Source of the DNA: Trichoplax adhaerens
Lineage: Eukaryota; Animalia; Placozoa
NCBI RefSeq assembly: GCF_000150275.1
Contig: NW_002060956.1
Coordinates: forward strand, 124,001 to 188,000
Length of the DNA: 64,000 bases
Direction: 5' to 3'
The position numbers and the translations under genes were made by a program. The notes beneath the pieces are model-generated. The model had not been told where the DNA came from and did not search any database. It saw nothing but the letters and a program-made list of their open reading frames with translations. Positions 43,709 to 64,000 of the stretch are shown piece by piece (the stretch's first letter is position 1; each line of letters opens with the position of its first letter).

Positions 43709-46700
43709 TCAATTATCTTCACACTTCTTCAACCAGAAGTGTACTTTATCATCAATATAATGGCGAAAATGTCGCAGAACACATACACCAACCGAATTAT
43801 AGGATTCTTTTATTACCTAGAAAAATATTTGGGGCAATAAATAACCCGACAATAAGCGTGTTGTATGTGTATTTATTGCATCGCAATGAATAATGAGATT
43901 ACATCAATACTGTAAAGTATTGATAAAATTTAAATACTTACTTCAATCTCAAGTTCTATATCTTTTATTTTAAAAACCCCAGCGTACAGCTGCTTTTCTA
44001 CAGTAGAATGGACACCATGGCTTGTGACAGTTCTTATGATATTTAATCCAAGAATTTCAACTATTTCCGGTTGAAGTGTCACAACATCACTACCTGTGTC
44101 GATTAAAAATGATTTCTGAATGTACATGCTATCCTCTTCAGGTGATCCAACTGCTGCCTTGATGCATAAGAATTCGTGTTTAGCGTTACTTAAGGCCTCC
44201 GGTTTAATCCAACTCCCAACACCTAAAGGCTCTTCAGGCTCAGTAATCCGGACATTTCCTTCTTTTAACTTTTCAACTATAAACAGCGATGGTGACATCA
44301 AAGTGAAATCTTAATAGATGTAAACTATGTTATAACGATTTCTAGGATTATCAGATCACTATCTAACGAAAAATTCTGAACAAGTTAAAAAGCACAACTT
44401 GCGACATATTAAGTAAAGTCCGCTTAATAATAATCAATTAATGTTACGATATTTTCACCATATCACGGCATAGTAATTTCATACTGTAATATATTTCTTA
44501 CGATCTGTTGTGAAACAAATTTACGTTACACTTACTCATTCTTGCAATTCGCTTGCGATGACCTGGAATCATGATTTCCACTTCATCCATAAAATCATCT
44601 ACTTTAACTATTTGTTTACATTTACGGAGGCTGTCATAGCCTAATTGTACAATTTTAGAATGATACTTTTCTAATGCAAATTGGCGCAGCCAATGATATA
44701 CTTCACCAGAGCCACTCCTACAATATGTTTTAGCTGCATTTTGCAAGACAATTTTGGTTTGTAAATAAAGTGCATGGCAAATAATTTAAAAGAAATAAAA
44801 ACAGATTCTATTACGATTTACTCTATCAATATTACTCATAAAATATTTCTTCAAAAGAACTGAATAAAGTTTAATTTTTTCATAGTATCCGTTCAAATAC
44901 AGCTTTATTAACTAGTTATACATATCATAAATTAACCACGGTATAAAACAAATGGGTGTTAAGAATAATTAATTTATCGTCAATTGTATACATATAATGT
45001 GTATAAGTTAATCTATTTCAAGGAAAAATCGAAAGCTCGTGTAAATATCTCAAGTAGTGAAATTAAGAACTATCTAATCATCGTAATGTATATGCATACT
45101 TATAGAATTGCATGCATGATAAAGCTGATGTAGCTGTATAATTTCAATATGGTACGGATTACATCTCTTTAGGTGTAACCTGGCGTGATTTGATTATTCT
45201 ACTTAATGTATGTAATTCCAGTCTTATAGGTAATATTCTTATTTAACATCGATCAACACCAACTACTTGATAATCATCTATATACTGTTGTAATGTTATT
45301 TAATGGTATCATTTAAGACTATCTTGAATGCTTGTTTTATTTGATACAATTCTTATTTTTCTTATCCATAAGTACCCAATTATGCTTGTGATCTTTCATG
45401 TGCGTATACAAGTACTGTTCTAGTATCATGTTATTTTACAACTCAATGCAGTATCATCATTTTGAATGCTTATTTTATTTGATACGCTTGATATACGTAC
45501 TTTAGTCTACATTACTGTACGCTGTACTAAATATCATCGAGCGGTTCGCAAAGAGGCATGTCATCAACATTTCCATCTCCCATATTTCACAGTGTTAATC
45601 AGGTAGGTTCAGTGGTATTCTATTTTATGTACATCCACAGGTGTGCGCGTATTTCTACTTTTAAATTTTGCGGGTTTGCATGCTACTGTATATAACACAT
45701 CTTTGTGATTTGTAAAGGTTATTATCATACAGTATAGAGCTATTATGCGTATAATAAGGGAGGAGATCGTACAACATTAATATTCTGCTTTGGACAAGAA
45801 ACTAAGCAAATGCTCTTTGGCATGAGAATATTAGTTAAGAAACTGAGATCGGAAGAGTTGACAGGCAATGATTCTATCATACGGCAAAGTCGATAGAATC
45901 GCTGCCAATCAAGTAATGCATTTATTTTGATACTGTATTGAATGATAAGCACAACTAACTGAATTACTATAGGTAGCTTCTATCCTGCACAACAGAAAGT
46001 ATGGTAAACATTGGCCTTATCTCCATATGTCTATACTGAACGAATCCATTCGATCCGATTATACAGTATAATCATCCTGTAGTCATTAACAACAAATATC
46101 AGCTATTAGCAACATTAGACAAATACGAAGACTGAATGATAGGGCGCTAAGTACAGTAACAACGGAAAAAGGAAGCGCAAAGAATTTACACAAATAGAGA
46201 CTCTTTTCAGTTCTAGCTAGATCAAGGTGATCCTTTTAATAATATAAATAAAAAAATGGAAGACCGTAGTTGAACAGACTTAATGCAAGCTTTACTGTCT
46301 ACTTACACTAATAAACTATTAGGATGATGCATTATAAATTTGAGAAGCTACAAGTGATATGTGATTCAAAATGGTTATTGCCAAGGAGTGATTCATTCAC
46401 TATCCATGTATATAGTATGATTATTATACATCATCATATTCAGAACAATAAAAGAAAGATTCATATTTAAACAGCCTTTCAACTCGTCGGAGAAGCCAAA
46501 GCAAATCACAAGTCAATACTTGAATCATACCTATGGATTGATTAATGTATCATTTAACTAGAATGGCGGATAAAAAGTTACCGATGTGCATCATATTGAG
46601 TAGAACTACTCTACGTGTAGATAATAGCAGGTAGTTACGATAGTAACTTATTAAGATGAAAATGCTGACTGTCACTTTTATTGTAAAAACGGATTATTCT

Positions 46701-47083
46701 CTTGCGACTAGATAACCTGACCAATAAATAATGCCTGCACTGCGTGTCAGATAGGACAAGTGCCTACGCCTGCTCGTCATGGCACCAATTTCAAGAGTCA
46801 TTGAAATGAACTGCAAATGTAGTAGACTAGCTCTAAATTGAACCATCAAGGTAGCACCTTTAGGCATATTACAATTGTGTTACTCACCTGCAGCTAAAAT
46901 TTCACATCTATCAGTTGGATTTTTGATCTGCATTTGATCTAAATCGCTTTCATCTAGCATGCAAAGATCTTCTTCACAATCGTATCCTTGAGATTCAAAG
47001 CGGCTATGATAGCGATCATATAATCCAATGGGTTGTAACAACTTTTTAATGACCACGGTTGTAAATTCATCCCTACTGGACAT
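43709..47083 (-). CDS. Tandem SAM-domain + retropepsin-like (clan AA) aspartic protease, 278 aa, 4 exons: 47083-46888, 44733-44536, 44276-43942, 43816-43709
   Basis: The exons (196+198+335+108 = 837 nt) splice in frame at canonical GT-AG sites. SAM1: KKLLQPIGLYDRYHSRFESQGYDCEEDLCMLDESDLDQMQIKNPTDRCEILAA. SAM2: VYHWLRQFALEKYHSKIVQLGYDSL...IMIPGHRKRIARMI. Protease: FLIDTGSDVVTLQPEIVEILGL (DTG at 44100-44092) ... SVGVCVLRHFRHYID. Confidence 0.85.
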
Positions 47084-47136
47084 TTTAGCAGTACTTTTTG
47101 ATCAACTTGCATGCACAAAAATGAATGGATTGTTAT

Positions 47137-47295
47137 TGCCTTTGGTAATCGTTGATCAATCAATCAGTCGTCTGTTATTCGACGCGCAGATTGATCACTT
47201 TAATTGACAGTCTGGATGCCTTTAGTGATTGTTGATCAATCAAGCAATCGTCTCTTATTCGACGCCAAGATTGATCAGTGTAACAGACAGTCTGG
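47137..47295. repeat. Two 80-bp tandem repeats just upstream of the SAM-SAM-protease ATG
   Basis: TGCCTTT.GT.AT.GTTGATCAATCAA.CA.TCGTCT.TTATTCGACGC..AGATTGATCA...GACAGTCTGG at 47137 and 47217. Confidence 0.9.
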
Positions 47296-48037
47296 TTGGA
47301 AAATTGGAACTCTCGTAGTGATTAATCGATGAATAAAAGACTAATTATTTATATAACGCGACTGTACGATCTACCGGTATTAAGAATGATCTGATTGACG
47401 TCTTTTGAACTATTCAAGTATCCATTTTTCCATTGAAAGTTGCAGTATATCGAAGAAGAAAAGAGATGCTACTACATTCCACACTTGCAATGGAGACTGC
47501 TGGCATTTCCTCTTTTAAAGCGATATCGCGATCGCTTTAATATTGATTCTAAGCTGTTTTTATTTTCAAGCCAAATCAATGTGTCATACTGAGCAGGTTT
47601 AAGCTTGTCGGGTTGTCGTTGTCACTTGTCATTCGTCACCAATCATTTGAATGGTATGACTTGAGTCACAGGATACCAATTCCTACAATCGTCGTACTGT
47701 ACAGGACAGAACTGATGTGACGCACTCAGGAGTTATGAGTCATAACATGTACAGTCAAAGTATGAGAGATACTGTTGACTATAGACTAGAAACCTTTCGA
47801 TTCCTTTCACACTACAGTACAGTACACTGTAAGCGCTACAATGCACTGCACACTCAGTGAGTGCACAGTACAGTACAGTAGTACAGTACGTCACTGAACA
47901 GTGAATAAGTGGGACTCTCCGATTAATTCAATTCAATAAATTAACGTGTAGAAACATGATCACATCATCTTGAGATTTTCATTTATTCTTCCATCATCTG
48001 ACTTCAAGTCGTTGTCATTATTTTCTTTTTCTAAGAC

Positions 48038-49138
48038 GAGTCGATTGAGTAGTAAACGATTCCAACGACAGCCAAAATCGGACTACTGTATAACCTATCA
48101 TATTGGATAGTACTGTACCATGTTAATGTACATTGTAGCAGTAAAGTAGTGCGTCTCACACGCCTTACTCATCCTACTCAATCATTGAAGTGTTCAGTCA
48201 AAATCTGACCATAGCCTGTCATACCGTATTCTTCAATGTACAGTACTGAGTACTGTACTGTACTGTACATTGTACAGTAAATGTACACTTGAAGTGGTGC
48301 AGCGCGTACGCACTAACGACACTCGTCCTGTGGATGAGTCCGATTGAGTAGTAAACGATTCAAAACGACAGCCAAAATCGGACTATAGCCTATTCTATTG
48401 GACAGTACTGTACAGAATGTACGCTGTAGCAGTGAAGTAGTGCGTCTCAGACGCCTTACCCATCCTAGTCAATCATTGAAGTGTTCAGTCAAAATCTGAC
48501 TATAGCCTGTCATATTCTTCAATGTACAGTACTGAGTACTGTACTGTACTGTACTGTACATTGTACACGTGAAGTGGTGCAGCGCGTACGCACTAACGAC
48601 ACTCGTCCTGTGGATGAGTCCCATTGAGTAGTAAACGATTCAAAACGACAGCCAAAATCGGATTATAGCCTATTCTATTGGACAGTACTGTACAGAATGT
48701 ACGCTGTAGCAGTGAAGTAGTGCATCTCAGACGCCTTACCCATCCTAGTCAATCATTGAAGTGTTCAGTCAAAATTTGACTATAGCCTGTCATATTCTTC
48801 AATGTACAGTACTGAGTACTGTACTCTACTGTACAGTACATTGTACAAGTGAAGTGGTGCAGCACGTACGCACTAACGACACTCGTCCTGTGGATGAGTC
48901 CGATTGAGTAGTAAACGATTCAAAACGACAAGCAAATTCCGATTATAGCCTATCATATTGGACAGGAAATGATTCAAAACGACAGCCAAAATCGGACTAT
49001 AGCCTATTCTATTGGACAGTACTGTACAACGTAAATTGTAGCAGTGAAGTAGTGCGTCTCGCCTTACCCATCCTACTCAATCATTGAAGTGTTCAGTCAA
49101 AATCTAACCGTAGCCTAGCATACTGTACTGTTCAATGT
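48038..49138. repeat. Tandem array of 4 units of about 280 bp between the divergent SAM-SAM-protease and GMDS genes
   Basis: ATTGAGTAGTAAACGATTC at about 48044, 48343, 48623 and 48903 (periods 299/280/280), with high identity through the units. Copy 4 is rearranged and truncated. Confidence 0.95.
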
Positions 49139-49511
49139 GAGCGGCATTCTACTCCAATCCAGTCTGGAGTAGAATGCGATTCCAAACTCATTGATATTCG
49201 TCCATCCAGCATCTACGCATGCGCGATATCCAATCCTCCACCTCATCATTAGACCAATGATACGTCATACAGTACCGTACTCTGCTCGCTAGTGGCATGA
49301 ATGAGGGACATGTTGTCCATAGAAGGCCATGATTTTTTCTGGTGGTTCATGCGTACGCCAGCTTACACCTCCTGTCGACCACTCTGGTAGTACAAACTGT
49401 AACAGCAGTACAGTACAGTAGAGTGGACTCCGCTCAGTAGTGTGCACTCACCCGCAACGACCGCCTTCAAATTGCTGTGGATTCGTAGACTTTGTAAACT
49501 AATCTTTGAAA

Positions 49512-53919
<4,408 letters not shown>

Positions 53920-55269
53920 ATATTTTTGATATTCCTACAGTTATTTCAAAGATAGTTTTTGTTCCAACTTTACTAAATCTTTAGTCAACTGTTGACGCTT
54001 TTACAGTTATATTTGGGTTCATGTATCAATATAGAACTTTTTATATGTTTGCATGGCAAAAGTCATTCTCTTGAAAATGGATGAATACGGCATCCCTTGT
54101 ACTTAATCGACAGCTAAAGCCTAATGTTTTAGTTCTATTTATCTCGATCCCTTTGAGCAATGAGGATTTAATACGATGTTTGTTTGCCATTGAAAGTTAG
54201 TCGATATTTCAATTCTAAAAGTTCACTAGTTGTCCTGGATTGTTTTTGAATTTAGATCTTCTTGAATAAAACTACGTCTAGCCTTATTACGTATTGTAAG
54301 AAGTTCATTTTGCTACGTATCTTGTCAATGAAACGAACAGCCTATGAGATTAATAATAATATAATGGTAGGCGTTATGGATAAGTGGAAATTGTTATTCA
54401 TATTGATAACCCTCCTAGTTTCGAATATTATCTACTAGCTTTAATGCAATGAAAAGTTAAATTTCTTTTAAAACTAAAATGAAGTCTAATTTTTCGACCA
54501 GAGGGAGGTTGTTTAGGTAGGGAAATGTGTGATCCTCTGGCTGTGCAGCATTTCCCTAATTGGCTAAAAATATTGAAAAAGATACTTTCTGATTAGATTA
54601 GTTGATCTGCCAGTCCTCCGGTCGATTGTATAACTACCAGTTCAAGTTGTATAATGTGTATTGTACAGTATATGACATATATACGTCATTAACACTGCAC
54701 TATTGCCTCTGTGTCCGTCAGGACAGTATAGTACAACACGAATTCCGGTACGTGCATTACACAGTACTAAGCAAGAGGACCTAATACTAGCTATTACATG
54801 GAATAAATACCATACCAGTAGTTACATTTACTGATATACTTTACAAGCAATTGTAGAATTGCCAATTTTGGGATTGATAATCTTGCACCGGGATCAAAAG
54901 CAGTCCCAGTACAGTACCACGTACCAACATACAGTATAGTATACCGTGCATTAGAGTATAGAGCAAGTTAAAGGCATACTGTACACTATACAGTGGAGTA
55001 TTAAGACAAACAGATCAACCAAAAAGTATAATTTGCAATTTCGTATACAGTACGATGAAGGTCTGTTGCTATTGCGGCCGTGTGGTGTATTACTATTGAT
55101 GGTTAAGTGCCCATACGTAACTATTGAGGCCGTATGGTGCACAGTCCAGCACAGTACGCCAGATCAAAATACAGTACTGTAAGTGAAAAAAAATATCGAA
55201 GCAGTAAAGCTCGATATGCAGATAACTCAATAAAGTGTTTTAGGCGCTCCGAACCAAGCTACACTCTAA

Positions 55270-56190
55270 ACTAGTTGGAACTGTACAGAGCAGAGTACTG
55301 TACAGTACAGTACTGTACTGGACTGTGAATAGAAGACTTTTCACTGCAGCGTACAGTACTGTAGTCTGTAATTACAGTACAGTACTGTACAGTACGTACA
55401 AGCTGGAAGAGAAGAGTAACAACGCTTTGTACTGTACTGTAGCGTACTGTACAGTACTGTACAGTGTACACTAGGCCCAGCCATAATAACCCCGATTACT
55501 CAGATACTCAGCGTAAATAGCTTAAACGATGATACTGTACATTACAGTACTGTACACGCAGTCTGTATTCTATACAGTACTGTACAGTGTACAGTACAGT
55601 GTGCAGTACAGTGTATTGTACAGTACAGTACTGTAGTCTGTAATTATAGTACAGTACAGTACAGTACAGTACAGTACTGTACAGGCTGGAAGAGAGAGTG
55701 ACAAACCCTTTGTACAGTACTATACAGTACTGTACTGTACTTATTCCGTACCGCAGTGTACCAGTAATTTCTAGTAGCGCATGGTACAGTACGTACAGTA
55801 CACGCAGTCTGTAGTCTTTACAGTATAGTACTGTACAGTACAGTACTGTATATTGGGTACAGTACAGTACTGTACTGTACAGTAGTCTGTAATTACAGTA
55901 CTGTACTGTACTGTACTGTACAGTACAGTACTATACAAACTGGAAGAGAAGAGTGACAAGATCTTGTACAGTATGCATTGCGCAGTGAAAAGTTTTTCGC
56001 TCACAGCACAATATTACAAACCACACCCAAGCTACAGTACAAGGATTTCCCAATTTTCTCTTTGTAACTGTACTGTACGGTACTGTACTGTACAGTACAA
56101 TGTACGGTACACTGTGCTGTACCGTCACAGCTAAACCTTTGAATGATACAGTACAGTGCAGTATCTTTCAATCCTGCGCACAGTACAGTA
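55270..56190. repeat. ACAGT/TACTG pentamer-rich satellite with 3 larger units of about 250-280 bp
   Basis: Dense (TACAG)n/(TACTG)n tracts. The unit markers TAGTCTGTAATTA (about 55362, 55634, 55884) and CTGGAAGAGA (55403, 55686, 55940) recur. Confidence 0.9.
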
Positions 56191-59049
56191 CTGGTACCGT
56201 AAAAGGGATTTTTGAAAGATTTTTTAATCCAGGCGCCATCCTGACAGCGAAACCTTTAACGGGCATTGTGCGTACTGCACGCTTCAACGTTCCCATATCA
56301 ATCAACGGTTGGAACGACTTTGAACCTGGAATATTGACAACGCGTTGCAACCGCGCACTTTACTATACTGTGCAGTATATACGTGTCTCAGCCAATACCT
56401 AACCAGGAAGATTCAGTAGGGAAGGAGATCCCTAGGGCGAACATTGAAAGTGCCTTGAAAGAACTGCTGTGCCTCTCCAAATCCACAATTACAAATATTA
56501 CTATTTCTACCATTTTCTTGTAGTACTGGATAACATTGGATGTTGGAATAAAGAAATCGGCTCTACTCTTTCTGAAGGCTTTAGGTAAGTGGCAGTGAGT
56601 AAATTTTCTTGTTGAAAGATCTACTACAATGCAGTCAGTGACATTATTAAATATGCAGTGTTGATTTGGTTAAGAACAACAGCCCCAAAGTTTAAAAGCA
56701 TTCTACGCGCGTGTTTTCTGTCGGCATGGTTTAACTTTAATTACTGTACTGAAGAGAAATTGAAATCAACGAACAATATTTTTGTGGATGAACAGGACTG
56801 TTCATAAAAGTAATGGAGCGAAATAGTTCAAAATTAGCCTAATCAAATCCTTCCTTGTTCATAAAGTCGATACTTTACCGGCAATGGTTAATATAAGGAA
56901 TCTTAGCAATTGAGAAAATACTCTACTTCGTTCGACTTTTCAATATACTTCACCATAATAATTCAGTAGACGATTTGTACAGTGCTGTTACTCATTGGAA
57001 AATACGCTATCACACTCTTATATTTCACAATCGCCATGGCTGACTAACGTTCATTGACATCAGTTACATAACCAAATCTACGGTAATAACAGTTGATGCT
57101 TGATCTTTCTGCACTTCAAGTAGTGTGATGTAAACCGTAACTATCACAATGATTGTCTCAAAATACGTGTGTCTGCTTACCCTATCACGTAATCTACAGT
57201 ACATATACAACGTCTAAGCTATATTAGGTAGGATAAAAACGTAGAAAACGCTCACTTTCATACAGCCAACTTACTGTGATGTCGATAAAGGCTGTAATTG
57301 TTGGACGACAGGCATCAATGTGCGCAAAATTCATACATCATTCAGGGTTAAAATCGCGCTTATATTGCCTGCAGCGTGACTAAAATACAAGAACTTTGAT
57401 ATGGAAAAGCTAATGATACCTAAAATAGCAACATCAATGCATACTAGCACTCGTAAATTACATTACTTGATAAGATAATGGACTTGATCATGTTCCATGC
57501 AATAATGATAAGCTGATAACTGTTAAGTAATACTGGACGGTACTGAAGATTACTGTACTGTAGTCTTCTTTTGCCTCACTGTCATGACAGAAATCAGTAC
57601 AGCACGTTCTCGTCTCTACGATATACTGTATATATATACTGTATGTCTGTATGACTAATGTACTGTACATAGCAGAAGATTCAGTAACACATAAAATCTG
57701 CGATGAAAGTCCAGTGATCCCAGCTACTTATTCATTGAAAATATCGAAAATTGAGACTTGTAGAGTAGGTACAGTAGGTTTTGTTTCGATCACCATTTCT
57801 ACAGTAATTTGCAAGCTTCAACGGAGGCAGCAGTAGTGCTCAGCCACCTCTCCTACAACACCGTCTAGTAGCGTACAGTACTGTAGTATCGTGGACGCTG
57901 TGCACTGGCAGTATTGTACTTGATATCTTTTCGCCACGATAGCATAAGTTGAAATGAGTACACGAAGAAGAAATTCTAGAATTATACTGTAACAATCATT
58001 GAAATGCGTTGACTATCCAATTAGTAGAACAATGTTGATGATACGCTAGTTTTAAGTTCAATAAACCATTTGTACATTGAATAAAAATCATAAAATAACA
58101 ATGTCTGGAAATGGCAAGTCGATAGATCAAGTGTATCAGTCTTTAGTCAGTATCATCACCATACTGGAAAAAGAAAAGCCACTGACAACGGTGACTGTGC
58201 TCGTAGTGAAATCTCCATACAGTACAGTACAAAGCATGGAGGCTGTCATTAAAACAAGCTTTCACCATGAGCACACTGTACCGTTGTCAGTTGCTTTCTT
58301 TTATGTCTATAGTATGAATAAAACGTGGAGTGAACTTACCTCACTCACTACTGAACATTTAGCCGTCACAGTGATTGTACTCCAGTTTGCCATACACAAC
58401 CCGACGTCTACGACTAAGATGAATAAAGAATGTTTTCTTTCTTGTTGACCTCAACTCTTCACTGAAATCAGACACCTGAATGGGTCAAGAAATGAATTGG
58501 AGGTCGACACAGTCTAGTCCACCCTGGATTGTACTGTAAACTACAGTACAATCCACTGTCCGAAATGACACAATAGGATCGGTCGTACAGTACGGTACTC
58601 TACTGTACACGTAACAGTATCTACAACTTGATAGAAATCACTATTAGTCTCTAGTAGTCCCAACATACAGTATGAAAACAGTCCACTACAAAATGTGGTC
58701 CAGTGCGGCTAGTACAGTACGTTAGTTGCCAATCAATCCTAATACAATACCATGATGCGCATAGACAACTCCATGCAGTACGGTAATGGTAGATCGAGTT
58801 TTTTATGGATGGTAAGAGAATATCAACCAACTACCTATCTGGCGAAATGTAAGAAAATGCTTGTCGATTTTGCAAACGTTACATCACCATTAAGGATCTA
58901 TGGACGCATGTACAGTATGCAGTACCATCAGTTGTTAGCCAAAGTCGTCCATCAATTAGACATTGTCGTTCAGTTTCTAGTCTATGGAACACCGTGTAGT
59001 TATCATTAAGATACACCAGTCTTACTAGTAACCAAGTATGAAGAACTTG

Positions 59050-59069
59050 ATATATATATATATATATAT
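59050..59069. repeat. (AT)10 microsatellite
   Basis: Read directly from the sequence. Confidence 0.9.
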
Positions 59070-60098
59070 GCAACACATCAATACCTTTTAGAACATAACA
59101 TTATGCGACAAAAAAAGTACACCGTGTTTTATGACAGCACTTCTGCGTTGTCACAAAGTTATCAACTTCAACATTCTAATGAATGACGATATAGTGGATT
59201 TCCTAATCGATAATGAATTAATATCACCTTTTTACTTGATATCTTATCAAATTCTCTGCCTTTTTGCAAGACAGCAATTGTAATGTTGACTGTGATGCTA
59301 TGATACTCCGGATCAAGTCCATTATACCTACCACCTTAACTACTTTCCATCTGTCCAACCTGGTTTCTAGTCTGGCAGTTAATTTTACATGTAATTTCGA
59401 CCCACTTGAACATTCAAAGCCCAGCATCATTATGCTATTGCATTAATACACGTAGATAGCAACTTCTTCAATAAATAAATGAATTACCAATATCCTATAC
59501 GTATACGGTTACCGTTCATCACCACTCATGAATAGGTGACTACCTTCCTTCAGAAGAGCCTTCTATTTCTTTTTACTAGTCCAAACATCTTTATTTCAGA
59601 GAGGCTGTAATTATTCGTTTAAACTATCTTGACTAACCATAAAACGTTAAATCTCGCAGTAAAATACGGTAATAGCCTAGCTTTCACTCTAGTTTTAAGT
59701 GATCATTTTATCCTTTCGCTATATACGGAGTATATATTATATCTACACATGTATGAATGTCATTAACAAACTAGAGTACCCTGTCTTCTACTGTAAGTAA
59801 TATTTCTAGATTTTTGAAAAATTTGCAACTATCTCAGTTTTAGACGTCATACCTAACATATCATACTGTATAGTGATGAAGAGATAATTTATAATAGTTC
59901 ACTACGTCTTATATCCCTAATGACGTAAAATATCCGATTTATTTTCCAGCGTTGTCTGTATAAAGACTGTAAATGAATGAAATTTTAATTTCATAACGTT
60001 CAAAGGAAGATCGTTCAGTTCTATTCTGCGGACTTGAATGCTACGTTTATTATAATTGGATATCAGTACTTACAGAACTTGACGACTTCCTGACCGAT

Positions 60099-64000
<3,902 letters not shown>

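Noticed and set aside
43930-44301. LTR-retrotransposon protease remnant
   Set aside because: The exon is flanked by canonical splice sites in phase with the SAM exons. There are no gag, RT, RNase H, integrase or LTR sequences nearby.
45325-45485. 24-bp near-direct repeat TTGAATGCTT.TTTTATTTGATAC in protease intron 1
   Set aside because: Short and AT-rich, with no terminal inverted repeats or other element structure.
48038-49138. CRISPR-like interpretation of this array or of 30913-31590
   Set aside because: Whole units are repeated, there are no unique spacers or cas genes, and the context is eukaryotic.
55271-56402. ORFs rich in YSTVQYCTV (also 28697-29124 and 31548-31814)
   Set aside because: These are translations of the ACAGT pentamer tracts, not proteins.
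57488-59446. Several 60-123 aa ORFs (e.g. 58077-58448, 58752-59009)
   Set aside because: No homology signal and no consistent splice chain. They lie in the probable CHD first intron.

Overview
AT-rich, intron-dense eukaryotic (animal) genomic DNA. Most introns are only about 70-150 nt. The compactness and the ACAGT/TACAG pentamer tracts near gene 5' ends suggest a placozoan (Trichoplax-like); this is inference. Hand-splicing gives seven protein genes: (1) a CRAL-TRIO/Sec14-like lipid-binding protein (-); (2) kinesin-12 KIF15 (-), about 41 coding exons; (3) a KIAA1143 homologue (-); (4) importin-4 (+); (5) an unannotated 278-aa protein with two tandem SAM domains fused to a retropepsin-like (clan AA, DTG) aspartic protease (-); (6) GDP-mannose 4,6-dehydratase GMDS (+); (7) the 5' part of a CHD6-9/CHD7-type remodeller (+), cut off by the window end. 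The best candidate for a new system is the SAM-SAM-protease, which could be an oligomerisation-activated cytosolic protease. Other notable points: two AT-AC (U12-type) introns plus a GC-AG intron in KIF15; KIF15-KIAA1143 adjacency, as I recall in human; and local tandem duplications at or near the 5' ends of five genes. One of these duplications copies the KIAA1143 start codon, and another copies a putative promoter/splice-donor unit. There is also a G-depleted island at about 7.25-8.1 kb in an otherwise gene-free first 11.6 kb. Exon boundaries were read by eye and need RNA-seq confirmation.
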